A stretch of DNA of 43,402 nt, taken from the NCBI GenBank assembly GCA_902489225.1, contig CABTZA010000001.1:1-43402 (forward strand), in the 5' to 3' direction. Origin of the DNA: an uncultured Collinsella sp. GTDB lineage: Bacteria; Actinomycetota; Coriobacteriia; Coriobacteriales; Coriobacteriaceae. The translations under genes were made by a program, and so were the position numbers. The notes under the pieces were generated by a model. That model did not search any database. It was not told the origin of the DNA and saw nothing but the letters and a program-made list of their open reading frames with translations. Shown in pieces: positions 25,136 to 34,443 of this stretch; the first letter of the stretch is position 1, and every line of letters begins with the position of its first letter.

Positions 25136-27940
25136 GTGGCAAACGAGTACAAGCAGACGATGAATCTGCCCAAGACCGGTTTTCCCATGCGTGCCGGTCT
25201 TTCCAAGTCTGAGCCCAAGCGACTCAAGGACTGGCAGGACAACAAGGTCTACGAGCAGGTTCTGAAGAAGAACGAGGGTCACAAGAAGTTCGTGCTGCAC
25301 GACGGTCCTCCGTACGCCAACGGTCCGATCCACATCGGCCATGCCATGAACAAGATCTCCAAGGACATGATCAACCGTTACTGGATGATGCAGGGCTGCG
25401 AAGTTCCCTATGTCCCCGGTTGGGACTGCCACGGTCAGCCGATCGAGCACAAGGTCGAGGAAAAGCTCGGCACCGAGAAGTTCAACCAGACCTCCACGGC
25501 CAAGATCCGCGAGCTTTGCAACGAGTTCGCTGTCGAGAACATCGAGCTCCAGAAGGCGGGCTTCCGTCGCTTGGGCGTGCTTGGCGACTGGGACAACCCG
25601 TATCTGACGCTCTATCACCAGCACGACGCCGCCGACATCGAGGTCTTCAAGGCCATGTTCGATAAGGGCATGATCTATCGCGGTCACAAGCCGGTTCACT
25701 GGTGCAAGCACTGCCACACCGCGCTGGCCGAGGCCGAGATCGAGTACTCCGACGAGACGAGCCCGTCCATTTTCGTGCGCTTCGAGATGACTTCCAAGCC
25801 CGCCGGCCTCGAGAACTTCGACGGCCCGGTCGACTTTATCATCTGGACGACCACGCCGTGGACCATCCCCTCTGACCAGGCCGTTTCCCTTAAGCCCGGC
25901 GCCGCCTATGTCGCCGTTGAGCACGATGGCCGTGCCGAGGTCATGCTCGAGGACCTGGCTCCCAAGTGCTGCGAGGAGTTTGGCTGGGAGTACACCCCGG
26001 TCATGGTCGACGGCGAGCCCTATGTGGTTCCCGCCGAGACGTTCCACCACATCCACTACAAGCAGCCGATCTTTGACGGTGTTGAGGGTGTGGCGCTCCT
26101 GGCCGACTACGTCGGTGTCGATGACGGTACCGGTATCGTCCACAACTCGCCCGGCCACGGCGTGGACGACTACTTCGCCTGCCTCAAGGAAGGCATCACC
26201 GACATCTGCATGCCGGTTGATGACGACGGCAAGTTCTACACCGGCGAGGAGTTTGGCACCGGTGGTCCCTTCAGCGGTATGGATACCGATGAGGCCAACC
26301 CGCAAATCATCGAGTTCCTGCGCGAGCGCGGCACCCTGGTTCTCGAGAAGAAGATCACGCACAGCTATCCGCACTGCTGGCGCTGCAAGCACCCGGTGCT
26401 CTTCCGTGCCACCGACCAGTGGTTTGTCTCGATGGACAAGACCGGTTTGCGCGAGCAGGCTGCCAAAGAGGTCCGTGAGAACGTCAAGTGGTATCCGGCC
26501 CACGCGGCCAACCGCATCGGCGCCATGGTCGAGCAGCGTCCCGACTGGTGCATCAGCCGTCAGCGCAACTGGGGCGTGCCTATCCCCAGCTACACCTGCG
26601 CCGACTGCGGCGAGAAGGTCATGAACGACGCTACGCTCGACGCCGTCATCAAGCTCTTCCACGAGAAAGGCTCTGACGCCTGGTTCACCGACGCTCCCGA
26701 GAGCTACCTGGGCGAGGCCTGCGTCTGCCCCAAGTGCGGTGGCCATCACCTCAAGGCCGATAAGGACATCCTCGACGTGTGGTGGGACTCCGGCGTCTCC
26801 TGGAAGGCCGTCTGCGAGTATCGCCCCGAGCTGGAGTACCCGGCGGATGTGTACCTCGAGGGCTCCGACCAGCACCGCGGTTGGTTCCAGAGCTCGCTGC
26901 TCACCTCGGTGGGTGCCAACGGCCACGCTCCGTACAAGGCAGTCGTCTCGCAGGGCTTCACGCTCGCCGGCCAGGGCCGCAAGATGTCCAAGTCGCTCGG
27001 CAACGTCATCGACCCCAACAAGGTCTGTGACGAGATGGGCGCCGACATCATCCGCCTGTGGGTCGCCTCGGTCGACACCAGCTCTGACGTTTCCATCGAC
27101 CACGAGATTCTCGCCCGTACGTCCGATGCCTACCGTCGTTTCCGCAACACGTTGCGCTTCCTGCTCTCCGAGCTCGAGGGCCAGTTTGAGCCCGAGACCG
27201 ACGGTGTCGCCTTTGCCGACCTGCTGCCGCTCGACAAGCTCATGGTTGCCCGTCTGACCCAGGTCCAGGCCGAGGTCGACGACGCCTACGCCAGCTACGA
27301 GTTCCCGCGCGCCTACCGTGCACTCTATGACTTCGTGGTTACCGAGCTCTCCAACGTGTACCTCGACGCCCTGAAGGACCGTCTGTACTGCGAGAAGCCC
27401 GGCTCGCTCGAGCGCCGCAGCGCCCAGACCGTGCTTGCCGAGCTCTTCTCGATGCTCATGCGCGACCTGCAGCCGATCCTGTCCTACACGGTCGACGAGG
27501 CCATGGCCTATGCGCCCGCCGGCTGCGTCGATCACCAGAAGTACGCCGCGCTGCTCGATTGGTACAAGTCGCCCATTACTGTCGACGAGGCCAATGAGTT
27601 TGAGGGCGTGCTCGAGGCTTCGCTCGAGCTTCGTAGCGCCGTGACCAAGGCCCTTGAGGATGCCCGCTCCGCCGGCACCTTCACTAAGAGCCAGCAGGTC
27701 CGCGTCAAGGCGGTCGTTCCCGCCGAGATGTACGCGCTACTGACCGGCGACAAGGCCGTCGACCTGGCCGAGTTCTACATCGTCTCTGATGTTGAGCTGA
27801 CCCAGGGCGAGGAGCTTTCCGTTGCCATCGAGGCTGCCGAGGGCGAGTGCTGCGACCGTTGCTGGAACTACCGCACCACCGTCGGCGAGTACAACGGCCA
27901 CGCACATATCTGCAAGCGCTGCGCGGAGGCGCTGAACTAG
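25136..27940 (+). CDS. ileS: Isoleucine--tRNA ligase (type 1)
   Basis: 'LHDGPPYANGPIHIGH', 'GWDCHG', 'WCISRQR', 'EGSDQHRGWF', 'KMSKS', C-terminal Zn finger 'CDRCW...CKRC'. GTG start 25136. Confidence 0.98.
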   Translation: MANEYKQTMNLPKTGFPMRAGLSKSEPKRLKDWQDNKVYEQVLKKNEGHKKFVLHDGPPYANGPIHIGHAMNKISKDMINRYWMMQGCEVPYVPGWDCHGQPIEHKVEEKLGTEKFNQTSTAKIRELCNEFAVENIELQKAGFRRLGVLGDWDNPYLTLYHQHDAADIEVFKAMFDKGMIYRGHKPVHWCKHCHTALAEAEIEYSDETSPSIFVRFEMTSKPAGLENFDGPVDFIIWTTTPWTIPSDQAVSLKPGAAYVAVEHDGRAEVMLEDLAPKCCEEFGWEYTPVMVDGEPYVVPAETFHHIHYKQPIFDGVEGVALLADYVGVDDGTGIVHNSPGHGVDDYFACLKEGITDICMPVDDDGKFYTGEEFGTGGPFSGMDTDEANPQIIEFLRERGTLVLEKKITHSYPHCWRCKHPVLFRATDQWFVSMDKTGLREQAAKEVRENVKWYPAHAANRIGAMVEQRPDWCISRQRNWGVPIPSYTCADCGEKVMNDATLDAVIKLFHEKGSDAWFTDAPESYLGEACVCPKCGGHHLKADKDILDVWWDSGVSWKAVCEYRPELEYPADVYLEGSDQHRGWFQSSLLTSVGANGHAPYKAVVSQGFTLAGQGRKMSKSLGNVIDPNKVCDEMGADIIRLWVASVDTSSDVSIDHEILARTSDAYRRFRNTLRFLLSELEGQFEPETDGVAFADLLPLDKLMVARLTQVQAEVDDAYASYEFPRAYRALYDFVVTELSNVYLDALKDRLYCEKPGSLERRSAQTVLAELFSMLMRDLQPILSYTVDEAMAYAPAGCVDHQKYAALLDWYKSPITVDEANEFEGVLEASLELRSAVTKALEDARSAGTFTKSQQVRVKAVVPAEMYALLTGDKAVDLAEFYIVSDVELTQGEELSVAIEAAEGECCDRCWNYRTTVGEYNGHAHICKRCAEALN

Positions 27941-27993
27941 TCGTTGGGGACGTTCTTAAATGACTAGTCAAACAAGAACGTCTCCATTGACTA
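27938..27993. repeat. Inverted doublet of a 29-bp REP-like unit (GGGGAC family, type A)
   Basis: TAGTCGTTGGGGACGTTCTTAAATGACTA, followed (sharing TA) by the reverse complement of TAGTCAATGGAGACGTTCTTGTTTGACTA. Confidence 0.8.
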
Positions 27994-28007
27994 CCTGTGT
28001 CACATTC

Positions 28008-28046
28008 AAGCGGCATTCTGTTTTTCGGAATGCCGCTTTCCTTTTT
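28008..28046 (+). terminator. Terminator after ileS
   Basis: AAGCGGCATTCTG-ttttt-CGGAATGCCGCTT followed by a T-rich tail. Confidence 0.75.
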
Positions 28047-28158
28047 AGCTGGTTATTTCGCTTGCGTTGGTGGATATGTCGTGCGTTCTTCGTATGGCAA
28101 TATAAGATAGTTCTTTGCATTAAACGTAATTCGATGATCTTGAGGGTAGGGGATTGAT

Positions 28159-28758
28159 TTGGGTCGTGCTGGGGATATGACGCCGCCTTTGCGTTGGCGG
28201 TTGGGGGTTGCTGGTGGGGTAGCGCTCGTTGTGTTGCTTGTTGACCAGCTGACCAAGCTTGCGGTTCGTGCCGTGGGCGACGCTTTGCATGTGACTGTTA
28301 TCCCCGGTGTGATCGATTTTGTGTTTGTTCGCAATATCGGAGCCGCCTTTAGCATGGGCGAGGGTCATGGCGTCGCTTTCGCTGTGTTGGCGCTTGCGGT
28401 CATTGTCGCCATTGCCGTGTACTTGCTCCGTGCATCCCAGCTCGCCCATCTTGAGGTCGTGGGCATGGCGATGGTTGCGGGCGGCGCCATTGGCAACGCA
28501 ATCGACCGTCTGACTTTTGGCTTTGTGACCGATTTTATTGCCACCACCTTCATCGACTTTCCCGTCTTTAACGTGGCCGATATCGGCATCACCGTAGGCG
28601 TCGTGCTTGCCCTCATCGGCTACATGTTCTTGAGCCCTGCGGCCCGCGAAGTCGATGCGACTGCCGAGCTCAATGCCCGTGATGAGGCACGCGCCAAGCG
28701 CAAAGCCAAGCAGCGTGGGGAGCGTGCCCGCAAGATTCGCGAAAGGAATGAGCGTTAA
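28159..28758 (+). CDS. lspA: Lipoprotein signal peptidase II
   Basis: 'DQLTK', 'RNIGAAFS', 'GGAIGNAIDR', 'VTDFI', 'FPVFNVADI'; basic C-terminal tail. Start 28159 (TTG) or 28177 (ATG). Confidence 0.95.
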   Translation: MGRAGDMTPPLRWRLGVAGGVALVVLLVDQLTKLAVRAVGDALHVTVIPGVIDFVFVRNIGAAFSMGEGHGVAFAVLALAVIVAIAVYLLRASQLAHLEVVGMAMVAGGAIGNAIDRLTFGFVTDFIATTFIDFPVFNVADIGITVGVVLALIGYMFLSPAAREVDATAELNARDEARAKRKAKQRGERARKIRERNER

Positions 28759-29771
28759 TGGCCGACATCCATATTCTCGTTGCCGACGATTGCGCTGGTC
28801 AGCGTCTTGACGCCTATCTGGGCTCCAATGACGGCTGCCCTACGCGCTCTGCCTGCGCGCATCTGATTGAGGGCGGTGCCGTATGTGTCAATGGCGAGAC
28901 CTGTCTGTCTAAAAAGTACGCCGTGAGAGCCGGCGACCGTATTTCGGTCGATTTGCCTGAGCCGCACGATCCCACCGATGTGATTCCCGAGGCCATCCCG
29001 CTCGACATTCGCTATGAGGACGACTATCTCATTGTGCTCTCCAAGCAGCGTGGCCTGGTGTGCCATCCTGCGCATGGTCATGAGAGCGGTACGCTCGCGA
29101 ATGCCCTGGTCTATCACTGCGGTATCGACCATCTGGGCACCGTGCAGGGCGAGGATCGCCCCGGTATCGTGCATCGTTTGGATCGCGATACCTCGGGTCT
29201 CATGCTTGCGGCAAAGGACGACGACACCCAGCGCGCGCTCCAAAATCTTATCCGTACGCGCACACTCGACCGCCGCTATATCACGCTTGTCCACGGGCAC
29301 ATCGCCATGGACGAGGGAACCATTAACACCGGTATTGCCCGATCGACGCGCGACCGTGTCAAGATGGCGGTTTCTGACGATCCTTTCGCGCGCCAGGCCA
29401 TTACGACCTTTAAGGTCCTCGAGCGCTTTGATTCCACGCGTTTTGACGACGGCTATACGCTCGTTGAGTGCCACCTGTTTACGGGCCGCACACATCAGAT
29501 TCGCGTGCATATGCGCCATATCAACCACGCCTGCGTGGGCGATCCGCTCTACGGCAAGTGCGATGCGCGTGCCGATCAGGGCCTGACCAGGCAGTTCCTG
29601 CATTCTTGGCGCGTTGCGTTCGATCATCCCGTAACAGGGAAGCGCATTGAGTGCCGTGACGAGTTGCCGTGGGATCTCGCTGCGGTTCTCGACGATCTGG
29701 CTCCGCGCTCGCTCGGTCGCACGGCCGTTGGAGATGAAATCGTTCCGCAGCTCGGTCTTCTCGAAGCCTAG
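28758..29771 (+). CDS. RluA/RluD family pseudouridine synthase
   Basis: S4 domain 'QRLDAYL', 'RPGIVHRLDRDTSG', 'TGRTHQIRVH', 'GDPLYG'. Confidence 0.95.
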   Translation: MADIHILVADDCAGQRLDAYLGSNDGCPTRSACAHLIEGGAVCVNGETCLSKKYAVRAGDRISVDLPEPHDPTDVIPEAIPLDIRYEDDYLIVLSKQRGLVCHPAHGHESGTLANALVYHCGIDHLGTVQGEDRPGIVHRLDRDTSGLMLAAKDDDTQRALQNLIRTRTLDRRYITLVHGHIAMDEGTINTGIARSTRDRVKMAVSDDPFARQAITTFKVLERFDSTRFDDGYTLVECHLFTGRTHQIRVHMRHINHACVGDPLYGKCDARADQGLTRQFLHSWRVAFDHPVTGKRIECRDELPWDLAAVLDDLAPRSLGRTAVGDEIVPQLGLLEA

Positions 29772-29853
29772 CCAGTATTAGGTGGTTTCTTGAACTCGGT
29801 AAGCCTGCGGTAAGATATACGATTGTTTACGTTACACGTTGCTGGGAGCCTGC

Positions 29854-31149
29854 ATGCTCGCCTTTTTACAAACCAACACACCCATCGTGATCTTCAACCA
29901 GATTGTCGTCACGCTGCTCACGGTCTGCTTTCTGTACCAGGTGGTCTTCTTTGTCATTGGCGCTCTTCGTGGCGAGGTCGCGCCTCCCAAGGCCAAAAAA
30001 CTCCATCGCTATGCCTTTTTTATCGCGGCGCATAACGAGGAAGCCGTAATTGCCAATCTCGTACGCTCCATCAAGGACCAGGACTATCCGTCCGAGCTTA
30101 TCGAGGTCTTTGTCGTTGCCGACGCCTGCACCGACAACACCGCTCAGCTCGCACGCGAGGCCGGTGCCATTGTTTACGAGCGCAATGACCTGGCCCGAAA
30201 GGGCAAGAGCTGGGTCATGGACTTTGGTTTCGATCGCATTCTCAACGAGTATCCCGACACGTTTGAGGGCTACTTTATCTTCGATGCCGACAACGTTATC
30301 TCCCGCGATTACGTGTCCAAGATGAACGATGCCTTTGACCAGGGCTTCCATGTGGTCACGAGCTATCGCAATTCCAAGAACTTCGGCAGCTCGTGGATCT
30401 CGGCTGCTAATGCCACGTGGTATCTACGCGAGGCGCGCTTCCTCAACAACGCGCGCAATATCTGTAAGACGTCCTGCGCTGTTTCGGGTTCGGGTTACCT
30501 TATCTCGTCAAGCGTTATCGAGGGCATGCACGGTTGGCAGTTCCACACGCTGACCGAGGACATTCAGTTCACTACGTTCTGCGCTATTCACGGTATTCGC
30601 ATTGGCTATGCGCCGGCGGAGTTCTTTGACGAGCAACCCGTGACGTTCAAGGCATCCTGGAAGCAGCGTATGCGCTGGACCAAGGGCTTTTACCAGGTGT
30701 TCTTTACCTACGGTAAGCATCTGGTCAAGTCGATGCTCCGCTATCATCGCTTTGCCGCCTACGACATGTTCATGACGATCGCCCCGGGTATGCTGCTATC
30801 GCTGATCTCGATGCTCGCTAATGCGACGTTCTTGATTGTGGGTGGCCTTTCGCATGGTTTCTTGGCTACCGAAGTCGAGATGCAGGCGTGCGCCGCTTCG
30901 CTCATTATGACCTTCGCCATGATGTATCAGACGTTCTTTATCCTGGCGCTGCTCACGACTATCTTTGAGTACAAGCATATTCACTGCGCGCAAAAGTGGC
31001 GCCTGGTGACTAACCTGTTTACCTTCCCGATCTTTATGTTCAGCTATATCCCCATCACGGTGGCCGCGCTGTTCCTGAAGGTCGACTGGGTGCCGACGCA
31101 GCACGCCGTCAACGTTACCCTTGACGAGGTCATGCAAGGCGCCAAATAA
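29854..31149 (+). CDS. Membrane glycosyltransferase family 2 (PgaC/IcaA/cellulose synthase-like motifs)
   Basis: 'AAHNEE', 'DACTD', 'FDADN', 'LTEDI', 'QRMRW' (D,D,D,QxxRW set); TM segments at both ends. Confidence 0.92.
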   Translation: MLAFLQTNTPIVIFNQIVVTLLTVCFLYQVVFFVIGALRGEVAPPKAKKLHRYAFFIAAHNEEAVIANLVRSIKDQDYPSELIEVFVVADACTDNTAQLAREAGAIVYERNDLARKGKSWVMDFGFDRILNEYPDTFEGYFIFDADNVISRDYVSKMNDAFDQGFHVVTSYRNSKNFGSSWISAANATWYLREARFLNNARNICKTSCAVSGSGYLISSSVIEGMHGWQFHTLTEDIQFTTFCAIHGIRIGYAPAEFFDEQPVTFKASWKQRMRWTKGFYQVFFTYGKHLVKSMLRYHRFAAYDMFMTIAPGMLLSLISMLANATFLIVGGLSHGFLATEVEMQACAASLIMTFAMMYQTFFILALLTTIFEYKHIHCAQKWRLVTNLFTFPIFMFSYIPITVAALFLKVDWVPTQHAVNVTLDEVMQGAK

Positions 31150-31154
31150 CCACC

Positions 31155-31199
31155 ACCAAAACCACCGCAAAGGGGACAGGCACCTTTGTGGTGGTTTTT
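31155..31199. repeat. REP-like hairpin (GGGGAC family, type B), probably terminating the GT2 gene
   Basis: ACCAAAACCACCGCAAAGG-ggacaggca-CCTTTGTGGTGGTTTTT, near-identical to the reverse complement of 23517-23560. Confidence 0.85.
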
Positions 31200-31230
31200 G
31201 CTTTTGCGATGCAGCTCGAGGAGGAGTCCG

Positions 31231-31653
31231 ATGGCCTATATCCCGTTTTGGATTTGCATCTTTGCCGGCGTGGCAATTGATGCCCGAGAGCGACGGTTTC
31301 CCAATGGGCTTGCCGGCGCATGTGCCGTGGCGGCGTTGGCGGGCGTTTGGCTCGACCTCGGTTTGAACACAGCGCTTGACCACGCCGGTCTTGCGGTCAT
31401 CGTCTACCTTGCCCTTGTGCTCACTGAGTCGCTCTGGCGGCGCCTTCGCCACGCCCCGGGCATCGGCATGGGGGATGCCAAGGCGCTCTTCGCGCTTTGC
31501 ACGCTCGACCCTATGGGTGGCATCGTGGCATTTGCCGTCGCACTCCTGGCCCTGGCCCTCTCCTGCCTCTTCACAAAATCACGCTCCCTGCCATTGCTCC
31601 CGTTTTTGGTGCCGATTTTTGCCATAATCGAGGTCGTGGGCTGCACTTTGTAA
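31231..31653 (+). CDS. A24 family prepilin peptidase (short CpaA/TadV-like form)
   Basis: Hydrophobic 140 aa. 'IDARERRFPN' and 'GIGMGDAKAL' supply the two aspartates. 'LPLLPFL' near the C-terminus. GAGGAG RBS. Confidence 0.75.
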   Translation: MAYIPFWICIFAGVAIDARERRFPNGLAGACAVAALAGVWLDLGLNTALDHAGLAVIVYLALVLTESLWRRLRHAPGIGMGDAKALFALCTLDPMGGIVAFAVALLALALSCLFTKSRSLPLLPFLVPIFAIIEVVGCTL

Positions 31654-31684
31654 CCGATTGCGCATCCTTCTTAAGGAGCATGCC

Positions 31685-32932
31685 ATGGCAACTAATCAAG
31701 AAACGGCCGTCATTAAGGCGCGCATGGACCGTATTCCCTCGGCGTTGTCGCCCGAACTTGTCGAGCGCATTGCCGCCGATCGTGCTTCGGGCTATGTCAA
31801 CCCGTATCGTTGCAACGACGATCAGGTCATTCGTCGTATTGATCGCGCCGCCGACAAAGGCACGCTTATGCGTCCGGCGTTTATGCGCGATACCGAAAAG
31901 ATACTTCATCTTCCGGCGTACAACCGTTATGCAGGCAAAACGCAGGTCTTTAGCTTCCGTAGCAATGACGATCTGTCACGCCGCGGTTTGCACGTGCAGC
32001 TCGTCTCCCGCATTGCGCGCGATATCGGTCGCGCCCTGGGGCTCAATTGCGATCTGATCGAGGCGATTGGCCTGGGTCACGACTTGGGACACACGCCTTT
32101 CGGCCATGCCGGCGAGCGTTTCCTCAACGATATCTATCATGAGCGTACGGGGCGTTATTTTTTCCATAACGTGCAGTCGGTCCGCGTGCTCGACACACTG
32201 TACGGCCGCAACGTGTCGCTCCAGACGCTCGACGGCGTGCTATGCCATAACGGCGAGTACGAGCAGCGTGTGTTTGAGCTCTCGGACATGAGCTCCTTTG
32301 ACCAGTTTGACCAGACGGTTGAGGATTGCATTGCCACGGGCTATAGCGCAATTGGGCATCTGCGTCCCATGACGCTCGAGGGCTGCGTCGTTCGCATCTC
32401 GGATATTCTTGCCTACGTCGGTCGTGACCGTCAGGATGCGATCGCGGCGGGCCTGCTTTCGCCCGACGTTTTTGATGATGGCCGGGGCGGTGCCTACAAC
32501 AGTTGGATCCTTACGCACGCTTCCATCGATATCGTTGAGCACAGCTATGGTAAGCCGCGCATCGAGATGAGCGAGGACCTGTTTGGGGAAATCCGCCGAG
32601 CCAAGCGCGAGAACTACGAGAAGATCTATAGCAAGGGCGGTATCGAAGGCGATTCCGAGGTGGAGCTGCGCGAGGCCTTCGAAAAGCTCTACGACCGTTG
32701 CCTGCGGGATCTAAATAGTGGTGACGAGTCCTCTTACATCTTTAAGCACCATATTTCGCGCATTGAGCAGCAACTTTCCTACTACGATCGCACCTATGCC
32801 TGGCAGGACGACAAGGATCAAGCCGTGGTGGATTATATCGCGAGCATGACGGACGGTTATTTCTGCGAACTGACGAGCAAGCTGTTCCCGGGTCTAAAGT
32901 TTCCGCATCGTACCTATATTAACGAACGGTAG
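31685..32932 (+). CDS. dgt: HD-domain dGTP triphosphohydrolase-like protein
   Basis: 'FMRDTEKILH', 'KTQVF', 'GLGHDLGHTPFGHAGE', 'DYIASMTD'. ATG 31685 after AAGGAG. Confidence 0.88.
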   Translation: MATNQETAVIKARMDRIPSALSPELVERIAADRASGYVNPYRCNDDQVIRRIDRAADKGTLMRPAFMRDTEKILHLPAYNRYAGKTQVFSFRSNDDLSRRGLHVQLVSRIARDIGRALGLNCDLIEAIGLGHDLGHTPFGHAGERFLNDIYHERTGRYFFHNVQSVRVLDTLYGRNVSLQTLDGVLCHNGEYEQRVFELSDMSSFDQFDQTVEDCIATGYSAIGHLRPMTLEGCVVRISDILAYVGRDRQDAIAAGLLSPDVFDDGRGGAYNSWILTHASIDIVEHSYGKPRIEMSEDLFGEIRRAKRENYEKIYSKGGIEGDSEVELREAFEKLYDRCLRDLNSGDESSYIFKHHISRIEQQLSYYDRTYAWQDDKDQAVVDYIASMTDGYFCELTSKLFPGLKFPHRTYINER

Positions 32933-32993
32933 TTCGTATCCTTTCGGTATACTGGTTAGTTGAAAACGTTTTTGATTGATGCACGGGATGGCT

Positions 32994-34343
32994 ATGGACG
33001 ACCTTTTTTCTGCCTCGACGCGCGAGCGTTCCTTTAAAAATGCGCCGCTCGCGGTGCGCATGCGACCCAATTCGCTCGACGAGTACGTGGGCCAGCAAAA
33101 GGCCGTCGGTAAGGGCTCATGGTTGCGTGCCGCGATCGAGCACGACGTGCTTTCCAGCGTGATTCTGTACGGGCCGGCCGGTACGGGTAAGACGACGCTG
33201 GCCCACATTATCGCCAACCATACCAAGAGCGAGTTTGTCGAGGTCAGCGCCGTGACGGGTACCGTGAAGGATCTTCGCCGCGTGATTGACGAGGCCAAGA
33301 CGCGCCTGAATACCTACGACCGCCGCACCATCCTGTTTATCGACGAGATTCACCGCTTCTCCAAGTCTCAGCAGGATGCCTTGCTGCATGCGGTTGAGAA
33401 CCGTACCGTCATTATGATTGGCGCCACGACGGAGAATCCGTACTTCGAGGTCAACTCGGCATTGCTCTCGCGCGGTCGCGTGGTGGAGCTTGAGCATCTT
33501 AAAGACGAGGATATCGCCACGCTTATCGAGCGTGCGCTCGAGGCGCCGCAGGGTTTGAACGGCAAGTTCTCGGCCGATGAGGATACGGTTAAGACCATCT
33601 GCACGCTGGCAGCGGGTGACGCTCGCTCGGCGCTCACGACGCTCGAACTTGCGAGCGAGATTGCCGTCACGCGTCCCGATACCGAGGGAACGCCAGCGCC
33701 CGTGGCGGGGGAGCGCTATCCCATCACCGTGGATGACGTGAAGATCGCCAACCCGCGTCGTGGATTTTCGTATGACAAAAACGGCGACATGCACTACGAC
33801 ATCATCAGTGCGTTTATTAAGTCCATGCGCGGTAGCGACCCCGATGCCACAATCTATTGGCTCGCGCGCATGATTGATGCGGGGGAGGATCCTAAGTTTA
33901 TCGCTCGCCGCATTATGATTCAGGCTTCTGAGGATGTTGGCAACGCCGACCCGCAGGCGCTTTTGGTGGCGCATGCCGCGTTTAAGTCTGCCGAGGTCAT
34001 TGGCTATCCCGAGTGCCGCATTAACCTGGCTCAGGCTGCACTCTATGTGTGTTTGGCCCCTAAATCCAACGCGTGTGAGGCTTCGATTGATACGGCGCTG
34101 GCCGATATCCATTCTAGTGGGCTTCGCGAGGTGCCGAGTTATCTGCGCGATCGCCATCGCCCAGGCAGCGACGACTACGGTGTGTATAAATACCCGCACG
34201 ATTATCCCGAAGGCTGGGTCGATCAGCGCTATTTGCCCGAGGGGCTGGAGCGCGGTGCGTTCTGGCAGCCTGCCGGGCGCGGCTGGGAAGAGTGGCGCGT
34301 AGAGCAAAGCGAGCGCGACCGCAGCGGGAATGCACCGAAGTAG
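32994..34343 (+). CDS. rarA: Replication-associated recombination protein A (RarA/MgsA)
   Basis: 'APLAVRMRP', 'GPAGTGKTT', 'FIDEIHRF', 'GATTENP', 'HYDIISAFIKSMRGSD'. Start uncertain (32976-32994). Confidence 0.95.
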   Translation: MDDLFSASTRERSFKNAPLAVRMRPNSLDEYVGQQKAVGKGSWLRAAIEHDVLSSVILYGPAGTGKTTLAHIIANHTKSEFVEVSAVTGTVKDLRRVIDEAKTRLNTYDRRTILFIDEIHRFSKSQQDALLHAVENRTVIMIGATTENPYFEVNSALLSRGRVVELEHLKDEDIATLIERALEAPQGLNGKFSADEDTVKTICTLAAGDARSALTTLELASEIAVTRPDTEGTPAPVAGERYPITVDDVKIANPRRGFSYDKNGDMHYDIISAFIKSMRGSDPDATIYWLARMIDAGEDPKFIARRIMIQASEDVGNADPQALLVAHAAFKSAEVIGYPECRINLAQAALYVCLAPKSNACEASIDTALADIHSSGLREVPSYLRDRHRPGSDDYGVYKYPHDYPEGWVDQRYLPEGLERGAFWQPAGRGWEEWRVEQSERDRSGNAPK

Positions 34344-34443
34344 CTGCTGATAATTTTGTCCCACGTTGCTACTCTTGGCATGTTCGGTCCCCTTTGGGGT
34401 ACCATGAAAAGCGTCTGTATATCGATTCCTTTGGGAGGCTTGT

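Noticed and set aside
25016..27535. 839-aa antisense ORF; similar ones at 38269-40269, 33117-34454, 12975-14300 and 23534-24790
   Set aside because: They mirror well-supported genes on the opposite strand, have no recognisable motifs, and are expected from high-GC codon bias.
31685..32932. dGTPase as an anti-phage defence gene
   Set aside because: It sits among housekeeping genes with host-like composition and no defence or mobility neighbours.
34382..34402. SigB-type autoregulatory promoter before the DUF948 operon (GTTCGG...GGGTAC)
   Set aside because: The -10 is plausible but the spacer is only 9 nt and there is no GTTT at the right distance, so it is not supportable.
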